A stretch of DNA of 64,000 nt from Eledone cirrhosa (taxonomy: Eukaryota), in NCBI GenBank assembly GCA_964016885.1, contig OZ024748.1, positions 21,762,001-21,826,000 of the forward strand. The letters are read 5' to 3'. Shown in pieces: positions 35,301 through 56,503 of this stretch (the stretch's first letter is position 1; every line of letters starts with the position of its first letter). Below the pieces are notes generated by a model. The model saw nothing but the letters and a program-made list of their open reading frames with translations, was not told where the DNA came from and searched no databases. The position numbers were made by a program, and so were the translations under genes.

Positions 35301-38300
35301 GTAGTGGTACTGATGGTATCAGGGAATGGTGTAATATAGCTTGTGTCAGTAGTGGTACTGATGGTATCAGGGAATGGTGTAATATAGCTTGTGACAGTAG
35401 TGGTACTGATGGTATCAGGGAATGGTGTAATATAGCTTGTGTCAGTAGTGGTATTGATGGTATCAGGGAATGGTGTAATATAGCTTGAGTCAGTAGTGGT
35501 ATTGATGGTATCAGGGAATGGTGTAATATAGCTTGTGTCAGTAGTGGTATCGATGGTATCAGGGAATGGTGTAATATAGCTTGTGTCAGTAGTGGTACTG
35601 ATGGTATCAGGGAATGGTGTAATATAGCTTGTGTCAGTAGTGGTATTGATGGTATCAGGGAATGGTGTAATATAGCTTGTGTCAGGGTGGTATTGATGGT
35701 ATCAGGGAATGGTGTAATATAGCTTGTGACAGTAGTGGTATTGATGGTATCAGGGAATGGTGTAATATAGCTTGTGTCAGTAGTGGTATTGATGGTATCA
35801 GGGAATGGTGTAATATAGCTTGTGTCAGGGTGGTATTGATGGTATCAGGGAATGGTGTAATATAGCTTGTGACAGTAGTGGTATTGATGGTATCAGGGAA
35901 TGGTGTAATATAGCTTGTGTCAGTAGTGGTATTGATGGTATCAGGGAATGGTGTAATATAGCTTGTGACAGTAGTGGTATTGATGGTATCAGGGAATGGT
36001 GTAATGTAGCTTGTGACAGTAGTGGTATTGATGGTATCAGGGAATGGTGTAATATAGCTTGTGACAGTAGTGGTATTGATGGTATCAGGGAATGGTGTAA
36101 TATAGCTTGTGACAGTAGTGGTATTGATGGTATCAGGGAATGGTGTAATATAGCTTGTGTCAGTAGTGGTATTGATGGTATCAGGGAATGGTGTAATATA
36201 GCTTGTGTCAGGGTGGTATTGATGGTATCAGGGAATGGTGTAATATAGCTTGTGACAGTAGTGGTATTGATGGTATCAGGGAATGGTGTAATATAGCTTG
36301 TGTCAGTAGTGGTATTGATGGTATCAGGGAATGGTGTAATATAGCTTGTGTCAGGGTGGTATTGATGGTATCAGGGAATGGTGTAATATAGCTTGTGACA
36401 GTAGTGGTATTGATGGTATCAGGGAATGGTGTAATATAGCTTGTGTCAGTAGTGGTATTGATGGTATTAGGGAATGGTGTAATATAGCTTGTGACAGTAG
36501 TGGTATTGATGGTATAGGGAATGGTGTAATATAGCTTGTGTCAGTAGTGGTATTGATGGTATTAGGGAATGGTGTAATATAGCTTGTGTCAGTAGTGGTA
36601 TTGATGGTATCAGGGAATGGTGTAATATAGCTTGTGTCAGGGTGGTATTGATGGTATCAGGGAATGGTGTAATATAGCTTGTGACAGTAGTGGTATTGAT
36701 GGTATCAGGGAATGGTGTAATATAGCTTGTGTCAGTAGTGGTATTGATGGTATCAGGGAATGGTGTAATATAGCTTGTGACAGTAGTGGTATTGATGGTA
36801 TCAGGGAATGGTGTAATATAGCTTGTGTCAGGGTGGTATTGATGGTATCAGGGAATGGTGTAATATAGCTTGTGACAGTAGTGGTATTGATGGTATCAGG
36901 GAATGGTGTAATATAGCTTGTGTCAGTAGTGGTATTGATGGTATCAGGGAATGGTGTAATATAGCTTGTGTCAGGTGGTATTGATGGTATCAGGGAATGG
37001 TGTAATATAGCTTGTGACAGTAGTGGTATTGATGGTATCAGGGAATGGTGTAATATAGCTTGTGTCAGTAGTGGTATTGATGGTATCAGGGAATGGTGTA
37101 ATGTAGCTTGTGACAGTAGTGGTATTGATGGTATCAGGGAATGGTGTAATGTAGCTTGTGACAGTAGTGGTATTGATGGTATCAGGGAATGGTGTAATAT
37201 AGCTTGTGACAGTAGTGGTATTGATGGTATCAGGGAATGGTGTAATATAGCTTGTGACAGTAGTGGTATTGATGGTATCAGGGAATGGTGTAATGTAGCT
37301 TGTGACAGTAGTGGTATTGATGGTATCAGGGAATGGTGTAATATAGCTTGTGACAGTAGTGGTATTGATGGTATCAGGGAATGGTGTAATATAGCTTGTG
37401 ACAGTAGTGGTATTGATGGTATCAGGGAATGGTGTAATGTAGCTTGTGACAGTAGTGGTATTGATGGTATCAGGGAATGGTGTAATGTAGCTTGTGACAG
37501 TAGTGGTATTGATGGTATCAGGGAATGGTGTAATATAGCTTGTGACAGTAGTGGTATTGATGGTATCAGGGAATGGTGTAATATAGCTTGTGTCAGTAGT
37601 GGTATTGATGGTATCAGGGAATGGTGTAATATAGCTTGTGTCAGTAGTGGTATTGATGGTATCAGGGAATGGTGTAATATAGCTTGTGTCAGTAGTGGTA
37701 CTGATGGTATCAGGGAATGGTGTAATATAGCTTGTGTCAGTAGTGGTATTGATGGTATCAGGGAATGGTGTAATATAGCTTGTGTCAGTAGTGGTATTGA
37801 TGGTATCAGGGAATGGTGTAATATAGCTTGTGTCAGTAGTGGTATTGATGGTATCAGGGAATGGTGTAATATAGCTTGTGTCAGTAGTGGTATTGATGGT
37901 ATCAGGGAATGGTGTAATATAGCTTGTGTCAGTAGTGGTATTGATGGTATCAGGGAATGGTGTAATATAGCTTGTGTCAGTAGTGGTATTGATGGTATCA
38001 GGGAATGGTGTAATATAGCTTGTGTCAGTAGTGGTATTGATGGTATCAGGGAATGGTGTAATATAGCTTGTGTCAGTAGTGGTATTGATGGTATCAGGGA
38101 ATGGTGTAATATAGCTTGTGTCAGTAGTGGTACTGATGGTATCAGGGAATGGTGTAATATAGCTTGTGTCAGTAGTGGTATTGATGGTATCAGGGAATGG
38201 TGTAATATAGCTTGTGTCAGTAGTGGTATTGATGGTATCAGGGAATGGTGTAATATAGCTTGTGACAGTAGTGGTATTGATGGTATCAGGGAATGGTGTA

Positions 38301-41300
38301 ATATAGCTTGTGTCAGTAGTGGTATTGATGGTATCAGGGAATGGTTTAATGTAGCTTGTGTCAGTAGTGGTATTGATGGTATCAGGGAATGGTGTAATAT
38401 AGCTTGTGTCAGTAGTGGTATTGATGGTATCAGGGAATGGTGTAATATAGCTTGTGTCAGTAGTGGTATTGATGGTATCAGGGAATGGTGTAATATAGCT
38501 TGTGTCAGTAGTGGTATTGATGGTATCAGGGAATGGTGTAATATAGCTTGTGTCAGTAGTGGTATTGATGGTATCAGGGAATGGTGTAATATAGCTTGTG
38601 TCAGTAGTGGTATTGATGGTATCAGGGAATGGTGTAATATAGCTTGTGTCAGTAGTGGTATTGATGGTATCAGGGAATGGTGTAATATAGCTTGTGTCAG
38701 TAGTGGTATTGATGGTATCAGGGAATGGTGTAATATAGCTTGTGTCAGTAGTGGTATTGATGGTATCAGGGAATGGTTTAATGTAGCTTGTGTCAGTAGT
38801 GGTATTGATGGTATCAGAGAATGGTGTAATATAGCTTGTGTCAGTAGTGGTATTGATGGTATCAGGGAATGGTGTAATATAGCTTGTGTCAGTAGTGGTA
38901 CTGATGGTATCAGGGAATGGTGTAATATAGCTTGTGTCAGTAGTGGTACTGATGGTATCAGGGAATGGTGTAATATAGCTTGTGTCAGTAGTGGTATTGA
39001 TGGTATCAGGGAATGGTTTAATGTAGCTTGTGTCAGTAGTGGTATCGATGGTATCAGAGAATGGTGTAATATAGCTTGTGTCAGTAGTGGTACTGATGGT
39101 ATCAGGGAATGGTGTAATATAGCTTGTGTCAGTAGTGGTATTGATGGTATCAGGGAATGGTTTAATGTAGCTTGTGTCAGTAGTGGTATCGATGGTATCA
39201 GGGAATGGTTTAATGTAGCTTGTGTCAGTAGTGGTATTGATGGTATCAGGGAATGGTGTAATATAGCTTGTGTCAGTAGTGGTACTGATGGTATCAGGGA
39301 ATGGTGTAATATAGCTTGTGTCAGTAGTGGTATTGATGGTATCAGGGAATGGTTTAATGTAGCTTGTGTCAGTAGTGGTATCGATGGTATCAGGGAATGG
39401 TTTAATGTAGCTTGTGTCAGTAGTGGTATTGATGGTATCAGGGAATGGTGTAATATAGCTTGTGTCAGTAGTGGTATTGATGGTATCAGGGAATGGTTTA
39501 ATGTAGCTTGTGTCAGTAGTGGTATCGATGGTATCAGGGAATGGTTTAATGTAGCTTGTGTCAGTAGTGGTATTGATGGTATCAGGGAATGGTGTAATAT
39601 AGCTTGTGACAGTAGTGGTACTGATGGTATCAGGGAATGGTGTAATATAGCTTGTGACAGTAGTGGTACTGATGGTATCAGGGAATGGTGTAATATAGCT
39701 TGTGACAGTAGTGGTATTGATGGTATCAGGGAATGGTGTAATATAGCTTGTGTCAGTAGTGGTATTGATGGTATCAGGGAATGGTGTAATATAGCTTGTG
39801 TCAGGGTGGTACTGATGGTATCAGGGAATGGTGTAATATAGCTTGTGTCAGTAGTGGTACTGATGGTATCAGGGAATGGTGTAATATAGCTTGTGTCAGT
39901 AGTGGTACTGATGGTATCAGGGAATGGTGTAATATAGCTTGTGTCAGTAGTGGTACTGATGGTATCAGGGAATGGTGTAATATAGCTTGTGTCAGTAGTG
40001 GTACTGATGGTATCAGGGAATGGTGTAATATAGCTTGTGTCAGTAGTGGTACTGATGGTATCAGGGAATGGTGTAATATAGCTTGTGTCAGTAGTGGTAC
40101 TGATGGTATCAGGGAATGGTGTAATATAGCTTGTGTCAGTAGTGGTACTGATGGTATCAGGGAATGGTGTAATATAGCTTGTGTCAGTAGTGGTACTGAT
40201 GGTATCAGGGAATGGTGTAATATAGCTTGTGTCAGTAGTGGTATTGATGGTATCAGGGAATGGTGTAATATAGCTTGAGTCAGTAGTGGTATTGATGGTA
40301 TCAGGGAATGGTGTAATATAGCTTGTGTCAGTAGTGGTACTGATGGTATCAGGGAATGGTGTAATATAGCTTGTGTCAGTAGTGGTATTGATGGTATCAG
40401 GGAATGGTGTAATATAGCTTGTGTCAGGGTGGTACTGATGGTATCAGGGAATGGTGTAATATAGCTTGTGTCAGTAGTGGTATTGATGGTATCAGGGAAT
40501 GGTGTAATATAGCTTGTGTCAGTAGTGGTATTGATGGTATCAGGGAATGGTGTAATATAGCTTGTGTCAGTAGTGGTACTGATGGTATCAGGGAATGGTG
40601 TAATATAGCTTGTGACAGTAGTGGTATTGATGGTATCAGGGAATGGTTTAATGTAGCTTGTGTCAGTAGTGGTATTGATGGTATCAGGGAATGGTGTAAT
40701 ATAGCTTGTGTCAGGGTGGTACTGATGGTATCAGGGAATGGTTTAATGTAGCTTGTGTCAGGGTGGTACTGATGGTATCAAAGAATGGTGTAATATAGCT
40801 TGTGTCAGTAGTGGTATTGATGGTATCAGGGAATGGTGTAATATAGCTTGTGTCAGGGTGGTACTGATGGTATCAAAGAATGGTGTAATATAGCTTGTGT
40901 CAGTAGTGGTATTGATGGTATCAGGGAATGGTGTAATATAGCTTGTGTCAGTAGTGGTATTGATGGTATCAGGGAATGGTGTAATATAGCTTGTGTCAGT
41001 AGTGGTATTGATGGTATCAGGGAATGGTGTAATATAGCTTGAGTCAGTAGTGGTATTGATGGTATCAGGGAATGGTTTAATGTAGCTTGTGTCAGTAGTG
41101 GTATTGATGGTATCAGGGAATGGTGTAATATAGCTTGTGTCAGGGTGGTACTGATGGTATCAAAGAATGGTGTAATATAGCTTGTGTCAGTAGTGGTATT
41201 GATGGTATCAGGGAATGGTGTAATATAGCTTGTGTCAGTAGTGGTATCGATGGTATCAAAGAATGGTGTAATATAGCTTGTGTCAGTAGTGGTATTGATG

Positions 41301-44300
41301 GTATCAGGGAATGGTGTAATATAGCTTGTGTCAGTAGTGGTATTGATGGTATCAGGGAATGGTGTAATATAGCTTGTGTCAGTAGTGGTATTGATGGTAT
41401 CAGGGAATGGTGTAATATAGCTTGTGTCAGTAGTGGTATTGATGGTATCAGGGAATGGTGTAATATAGCTTGTGTCAGGGTGGTACTGATGGTATCAAAG
41501 AATGGTGTAATATAGCTTGTGTCAGTAGTGGTATTGATGGTATCAAAGAATGGTGTAATATAGCTTGTGTCAGTAGTGGTATTGATGGTATCAGGGAATG
41601 GTGTAATATAGCTTGTGTCAGTAGTGGTATTGATGGTATCAGGGAATGGTGTAATATAGCTTGTGTCAGGGTGGTACTGATGGTATCAAAGAATGGTGTA
41701 ATATAGCTTGTGTCAGTAGTGGTATTGATGGTATCAGGGAATGGTGTAATGTAGCTTGTGTCAGTAGTGGTATTGATGGTATCAGGGAATGGTGTAATAT
41801 AGCTTGTGTCAGTAGTGGTATTGATGGTATCAGGGAATGGTGTAATATAGCTTGTGTCAGGGTGGTACTGATGGTATCAAAGAATGGTGTAATATAGCTT
41901 GAGTCAGTAGTGGTATTGATGGTATCAGGGAATGGTGTAATATAGCTTGTGTCAGGGTGGTACTGATGGTATCAAAGAATGGTGTAATATAGCTTGAGTC
42001 AGTAGTGGTATTGATGGTATCAGGGAATGGTGTAATGTAGCTTGTGTCAGTAGTGGTATTGATGGTATCAGGGAATGGTGTAATGTAGCCTGTGTCAGTA
42101 GTGGTATTGATGGTATCAGGGAATGGTGTAATATAGCTTGTGTCAGTAGTGGTATTGATGGTATCAGGGAATGGTGTAATGTAGCTTGTGTCAGTAGTGG
42201 TATTGATGGTATCAGGGAATGGTGTAATATAGCTTGTGTCAGTAGTGGTATTGATGGTATCAGGGAATGGTGTAATATAGCTTGTGTCAGTAGTGGTATT
42301 GATGGTATCAGGGAATGGTGTAATATAGCTTGTGACAGTAGTGGTACTGATGGTATCAAAGAATGGTGTAATATAGCTTGAGTCAGTAGTGGTATTGATG
42401 GTATCAGGGAATGGTGTAATATAGCTTGTGTCAGGGTGGTACTGATGGTATCAAAGAATGGTGTAATATAGCTTGAGTCAGTAGTGGTATTGATGGTATC
42501 AGGGAATGGTGTAATGTAGCTTGTGTCAGTAGTGGTATTGATGGTATCAGGGAATGGTGTAATGTAGCTTGTGACAGTAGTGGTATTGATGGTATCAGGG
42601 AATGGTGTAATATAGCTTGTGTCAGTAGCGGTATTGATGGTATCAGGGAATGGTGTAATATAGCTTGTGACAGTAGTGGTATTGATGGTATCAGGGAATG
42701 GTGTAATATAGCTTGTGTCAGGGTGGTACTGATGGTATCAAAGAATGGTGTAATATAGCTTGAGTCAGTAGTGGTATTGATGGTATCAGGGAATGGTGTA
42801 ATGTAGCTTGTGTCAGTAGTGGTATTGATGGTATCAGGGAATGGTGTAATGTAGCTTGTGTCAGTAGTGGTATTGATGGTATCAGGGAATGGTGTAATAT
42901 AGCTTGTGACAGTAGTGGTACTGATGGTATCAAAGAATGGTGTAATATAGCTTGAGTCAGTAGTGGTATTGATGGTATCAGGGAATGGTGTAATATAGCT
43001 TGTGTCAGGGTGGTACTGATGGTATCAAAGAATGGTGTAATATAGCTTGAGTCAGTAGTGGTATTGATGGTATCAGGGAATGGTGTAATATAGCTTGTGT
43101 CAGGGTGGTACTGATGGTATCAAAGAATGGTGTAATATAGCTTGAGTCAGTAGTGGTATTGATGGTATCAGGGAATGGTGTAATATAGCTTGTGTCAGGG
43201 TGGTACTGATGGTATCAAAGAATGGTGTAATATAGCTTGAGTCAGTAGTGGTATTGATGGTATCAGGGAATGGTGTAATGTAGCTTGAGTCAGTAGTGGT
43301 ATTGATGGTATCAGGGAATGGTGTAATGTAGCTTGTGACAGTAGTGGTATTGATGGTATCAGGGAATGGTGTAATATAGCTTGTGTCAGGGTGGTACTGA
43401 TGGTATCAAAGAATGGTGTAATATAGCTTGAGTCAGTAGTGGTATTGATGGTATCAGGGAATGGTGTAATATAGCTTGTGTCAGGGTGGTACTGATGGTA
43501 TCAAAGAATGGTGTAATATAGCTTGAGTCAGTAGTGGTATTGATGGTATCAGGGAATGGTGTAATGTAGCTTGAGTCAGTAGTGGTATTGATGGTATCAG
43601 GGAATGGTGTAATGTAGCTTGTGACAGTAGTGGTATTGATGGTATCAGGGAATGGTGTAATATAGCTTGTGTCAGTAGCGGTATTGATGGTATCAGGGAA
43701 TGGTGTAATATAGCTTGTGACAGTAGTGGTATTGATGGTATCAGGGAATGGTGTAATATAGCTTGTGTCAGGGTGGTACTGATGGTATCAAAGAATGGTG
43801 TAATATAGCTTGAGTCAGTAGTGGTATTGATGGTATCAGGGAATGGTGTAATGTAGCTTGTGTCAGTAGTGGTATTGATGGTATCAGGGAATGGTGTAAT
43901 GTAGCCTGTGTCAGTAGTGGTATTGATGGTATCAGGGAATGGTGTAATATAGCTTGTGTCAGTAGCGGTATTGATGGTATCAAGGAATGGTGTAATATAG
44001 CTTGTGTCAGTAGTGGTATTGATGGTATCAGGGAATGGTGTAATATAGCTTGTGTCAGTAGTGGTATTGATGGTATCAGGGAATGGTGTAATATAGCTTG
44101 TGTCAGGGTGGTATTGATGGTATCAAAGAATGGTGTAATATAGCTTGTGTCAGGGTGGTATTGATGGTATCAAAGAATGGTGTAATATAGCTTGTGTCAG
44201 TAGTGGTATTGATGGTATCAAGGAATGGTGTAATATAGCTTGTGTCAGGGTGGTATTGATGGTATCAGGGAATGGTGTAATGTAGCCTGTGTCAGTAGTG

Positions 44301-46022
44301 GTATTGATGGTATCAGGGAATGGTGTAATATAGCTTGTGTCAGTAGCGGTATTGATGGTATCAGGGAATGGTGTAATATAGCTTGTGTCAGGGTGGTATT
44401 GATGGTATCAAAGAATGGTGTAATATAGCTTGTGTCAGTAGTGGTATTGATGGTATCAGGGAATGGTGTAATAGAGCTTGTGTCAGGGTGGTATTGATGG
44501 TATCAAAGAATGGTGTAATATAGCTTGAGTCAGTAGTGGTATTGATGGTATCAGGGAATGGTGTAATATAGCTTGTGTCAGTAGTGGTATTGATGGTATC
44601 AGGGAATGGTGTAATATAGCTTGTGACAGTAGTGGTATTGATGGTATCAGGGAATGGTGTAATATAGCTTGTGTCAGTAGTGGTATTGATGGTATCAGGG
44701 AATGGTGTAATATAGCTTGTGTCAGTAGTGGTATTGATGGTATCAGGGAATGGTGTAATATAGCTTGTGTCAGTAGTGGTATTGATGGTATCAGGGAATG
44801 GTGTAATATAGCTTGTGACAGTAGTGGTATTGATGGTATCAGGGAATGGTGTAATAGAGCTTGTGTCAGGGTGGTACTGATGGTATCAGGGAATGGTGTA
44901 ATATAGCTTGTGACAGTAGTGGTATTGATGGTATAAGAAAATGGTGTAATATAGCTTGTGTCAGGGTGGTATTGATGGTATCAGGGAATGGTGTAATGTA
45001 GCTTGTGTCAGTAGTGGTATTGATGGTATCAGGGAATGGTGTAATATAGCTTGTGTCAGTAGTGGTATTGATGGTATAAGAAAATGGTGTAATATAGCCT
45101 GTGTCAGGGTGGTATTGATGGTATCAGGGAATGGTGTAATGTAGCTTGTGACAGTAGTGGTATTGATGGTATCAGGGAATGGTGTAATATAGCTTGTGTC
45201 AGGGTGGTATTGATGGTATCAGGGAATGGTGTAATGTAGCTTGTGTCAGTAGTGGTATTGATGGTATCAGGGAATGGTGTAATAGAGCTTGTGTCAGTAG
45301 TGGTATTGATGGTATCAGGGAATGGTGTAATAGAGCTTGTGTCAGGGTGGTATTGATGGTATCAAAGAATGGTGTAATATAGCTTGTGTCAGTAGTGGTA
45401 TTGATGGTATCAGGGAATGGTGTAATAGAGCTTGTGTCAGTAGTGGTATTGATGGTATCAGGGAATGGTGTAATATAGCTTGTGTCAGTAGTGGTATTGA
45501 TGGTATCAAAGAATGGTGTAATATAGCTTGTGTCAGGGTGGTATTGATGGTATCAGGGAATGGTGTAATATAGCTTGTGACAGTAGTGGTATTGATGGTA
45601 TCAAGGAATGGTGTAATAGAGCTTGTGTCAGTAGTGGTATTGATGGTATCAGGGAATGGTGTAATAGAGCTTGTGTCAGTAGTGGTATTGATGGTATCAG
45701 GGAATGGTGTAATATAGCTTGTGTCAGGGTGGTACTGATGGTATCAGGGAATGGTGTAATATAGCTTGTGTCAGTAGTGGTATTGATGGTATCAGGGAAT
45801 GGTGTAATATAGCTTGTGTCAGGGTGGTATTGATGGTATCAGGGAATGGTGTAATATAGCTTGTGTCAGGGTGGTATTGATGGTATCAGGGAATGGTGTA
45901 ATAGAGCTTGTGTCAGGGTGGTACTGATGGTATCAGGGAATGGTGTAATATAGCTTGTGTCAGTAGTGGTATTGATGGTATCAGGGAATGGTGTAATATA
46001 GCTTGTGTCAGGGTGGTATTGA
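32381..46022. repeat. 48-bp satellite (gtcagtagtggtattgatggtatcagggaatggtgtaatatagcttgt), about 284 copies, truncated by the gap
   Basis: Direct reading; interspersed 47-bp variant (gtcagggtggt). Confidence 0.99.
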
Positions 46023-46222
46023 NNNNNNNNNNNNNNNNNNNNNNNNNNNNNNNNNNNNNNNNNNNNNNNNNNNNNNNNNNNNNNNNNNNNNNNNNNNNNN
46101 NNNNNNNNNNNNNNNNNNNNNNNNNNNNNNNNNNNNNNNNNNNNNNNNNNNNNNNNNNNNNNNNNNNNNNNNNNNNNNNNNNNNNNNNNNNNNNNNNNNN
46201 NNNNNNNNNNNNNNNNNNNNNN
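46023..46222. other. Assembly gap (200 N)
   Basis: Run of N of round length, typical of a scaffolding join of unknown true size. Confidence 0.99.
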
Positions 46223-52200
<5,978 letters not shown>

Positions 52201-53248
52201 AGTATTTTTATAAAATGTCACACATCACTGCAACACCCAGGGAACCTCCTATGAGAGATAGCCTCATAGGATACCAGCTAAACCTATAAAGGTGTGTGCT
52301 GTTAATTCCAATTTTTTCTTGTTGTATATGTGATCTCTCTTTCTTTCGCCCCCTCTCTTTCTCCACCCCCCTCTCTCTCTCTCCAGCCCCCTCTCTGTCT
52401 TTCTCCCCCCCCCTCTCTCTCTATATATATATATGAAAGCACCATATATATGTATGTATATATATCCTGCTTTCATCTTTACGGAGTCGATAAAATAAAG
52501 TACCAGTAATGTACTGAGTTATTGATTCTGAGTTCAAATTCCGCCGAGGTTAACTTTGCCTTTCATCCTTACGGGGTCGCTAAAATAAAGTACCAGTAAT
52601 GCACTGGGTAATTGCTGGTCTTGTGCCAAAAGTAGAAACAATTATTATATGTATATATGACATGCTTATGATATTTACTTATGACATATATACATAATAA
52701 ATATATCATAAACACACCTATGCGTGTATATATGTATATATCATTCAGAAACCTTTATTTTTTTAATAATCAAAACAAAACTCTTGAAACATTTCTCACG
52801 CACTCACCTTGGTTTTACTGCATTGCCTACTTTTATATTTCCTGTCTATCTTACTATGTATAACAATCAATATATATACATATATATATATATATATACG
52901 TAAACATGTATACCCCCCTACCTATCTATTTACTTAAACACCTACATGTATGAACCTTTAATTGCACACACACACACACCTATTTTATAACTGGATATAT
53001 CTCATATACGTGTATGTATAAATATATTTATATATATATATACACACACACACACGCACACACACTCAGACATATATGTGTGTGTGTGTCTAACTATAAT
53101 ATGTTAAATCTTTGTCATATATATATATGTATATAATGTATGTGTATGTGTGTGTGTGTGTGTGTAAGTCTAACTATATTTGTACATAATTGTGTGTATA
53201 TATGTATATGTTTGTTTGTGGGTATGTCTAACTATATTTGTACATAAT

Positions 53249-53285
<37 letters not shown>

Positions 53286-53301
53286 GCACACACACACATA
53301 T

Positions 53302-53347
<46 letters not shown>

Positions 53348-53782
53348 TATATAGTGTGTGTGTGTATACACGCTGCCTTTATACATGTGCCCACCGCTTA
53401 TTTGTAGGAGGTGCTACTTTATCGAACAGTTAACTACTGAAGTGCAATATTATAAAAAAGATCTCTTTTTAAACTGTACAGGTTTGCCATATCCCTTCTT
53501 TAACCATCGTCTGACGAGGAGCTTTACCGTGTCGGAAGACCTAGTGTATAACTACGGGTGAAAAATGCCACCGAGGCAGAGAAGAATAGCTATGATGGGC
53601 TACAGATCTGTAGGTAAGTACAGCCCGAATAATCCCTTCATTCTTTATCATGAATAGTAGTAGTAGCCTACTACTACTACTACTATTGCCAACTGTGGGA
53701 GATGAATGAATGAATGAATGAATGTCTGTGTGTGTGAATGCCTGTTCGTGTACGGACGCATACGTGCTTATTATACACAGTA

Positions 53783-53818
<36 letters not shown>

Positions 53819-54195
53819 TATATATGTATATGCATATATATGTATATGCATATATATATATATGTATATATATATATACATACGCATATAATATACATAT
53901 ATGCATATATGTATATAATATGCATTTAATATATATATGCATATAATTTATATATACATATATATATATATAATATGCATTTAATATATATATATATATA
54001 ATATATGCATATATATATATAATATGCATTTAAGATATATATATATAATATATGCATATATATATATAATATGCATTTAAGATATATATATATAATATAT
54101 GCATATATATATATATATAATATGCATTTAATATATATATAATATATGCATATATATATATGTAATATGCATTTAATATATATATATATAATATA

Positions 54196-54332
<137 letters not shown>

Positions 54333-54810
54333 GTGTGTGTGTAAAAATATATCAATGCATTGCATTAGTGATGTTTTCGAGGAACTCACCATCTATTAAA
54401 ATATATAAATTTCTTTTATGTTTACATATTGAGTGCTCATTGTTTCCTAATGCGAACATATATCTCTCTGTATATATATATATATATATATTTATATGCA
54501 TATGTATGCACAGTTACACATACACACAGATGCGTACGTTGTTAGTTCTGCTGCACATTGATGCACAAACACACATGTATGTATGTATATATATATATAT
54601 ATGTGTGTGTGTGTTTATATCAACACGTTTACCAGGAATGTATGTCTAGTATAGAGACAGACAGACTTTCCATTAGAAAGGACAGATCCAATACCACGTG
54701 ATGGTGGAGTGTCAAGCACGAGTAGTTTCTGTGAAACTGAGAAATGCCTCCTTTTTTTTTTGTAGATTGAGCTGTCGTGTGTATCTATGAAGCACATGTA
54801 TGTATGTGTA

Positions 54811-54909
<99 letters not shown>

Positions 54910-54916
54910 GCGCGTG

Positions 54917-54957
<41 letters not shown>

Positions 54958-54959
54958 TG

Positions 54960-55004
<45 letters not shown>

Positions 55005-55012
55005 TGCGTGTG

Positions 55013-55057
<45 letters not shown>

Positions 55058-55059
55058 TG

Positions 55060-55106
<47 letters not shown>

Positions 55107-55322
55107 TGTGTTATATATATATATATGCGTGTGTGTTGATATATATATATATATATTTATATTCCTCTCTGTATATATAGAATTTCAACAGAAGCACAGA
55201 ATCTCTAGTTTCACCCTTTCAAGAGATCTTCAGAAAGTGAGAGACTAAAATCTGTGAACGCGAATATAAATAAACATTTTAAAATATTTAAAACAAAATA
55301 TCGTATTCAAAATTCAGTTGTG

Positions 55323-55391
<69 letters not shown>

Positions 55392-56209
55392 CATACACAC
55401 ATATAAGTGCGTGTGTGTATTTGTTTACACACTGCCCTATTTTCCACATTTAGTGTGCTTTTAACACACAAGAGATAAGCATCACTTATCTTTTCTATAT
55501 TTGTAAGATATGCTAGCTTTAAATGATTAAATATGGTCACCTTTTCCCCTTTCCCTGGTCACACACAGGTGGTGGTGGTGGTGGGGGGGGGGGGTCTTCG
55601 TAAATACTATATTACACCTTGAGAGGTAATTCTCAATTATATGAAACTTGTCTGTCTCTCTATTTCTTTTAACAGAATTTGTGGCCGTCCGCCCTTTTCA
55701 AACCCCTATCTCTATCAGAGATGAAAGAGTAACGTTCCTTTTGACAATGCAGCAAAAACACCCACTCCAATAGGAAACAGTTGAAAAAATATTTAATCCC
55801 CCATCAATATTGAGCAGGGGGTGGTTTGGTTACAAAGGGAATTGGCTGAGAAATTATAAGTTAACTAAAGTACCCTTTAGTATATATATATGTATATGTG
55901 TGTGTGTGTGGTTTGAATCGAAGTTGTAGGTGCCATGTAGTAGGTACTAATCGAGTTTATATATATATTATATATATGTTTAATATAGAAATGGCTTCTA
56001 CAGGACTAGAACTGTTTCATTCATTAAAAATCATCAATATATATATTGACGTTTATTTATTATTCCATCGAAGCCGATGATTCACTTTGCCACTACGTGT
56101 TTCCGTGTTTCAACCGATAAAAAAAGATGAACTCTGAGTAACGCCCATGTGAATCATCAGCTTCGAAAACCTATAAATGAGCTGGTGTTGAGCATTGAAT
56201 ACTCATTCT

Positions 56210-56256
<47 letters not shown>

Positions 56257-56257
56257 T

Positions 56258-56299
<42 letters not shown>

Positions 56300-56435
56300 T
56301 ACACAATGACCCTGTGATAAACAGGCGAAATTCCTGAGTAACACGACTCACTATTTAGCCTTAATAAAATGAACATTAAAACTCTACTTCGGCATTGATT
56401 GAGTACTCTTTTATCTCAGCCGTTAACTACAAACG

Positions 56436-56503
<68 letters not shown>

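Noticed and set aside
36968-39841. 957-aa ORF of SSGIDGIREWCNIACV repeats (and the minus-strand IPSIPLLTQAILHHSL frame)
   Set aside because: A by-product of a 48-bp (3n) unit. Stop-creating and 47-bp frameshifting variants are frequent across the array, and there is no unique N- or C-terminus.
32381-46022. CRISPR-like array
   Set aside because: Units are head-to-tail with no unique spacers, there are no cas genes, and the context is eukaryotic.
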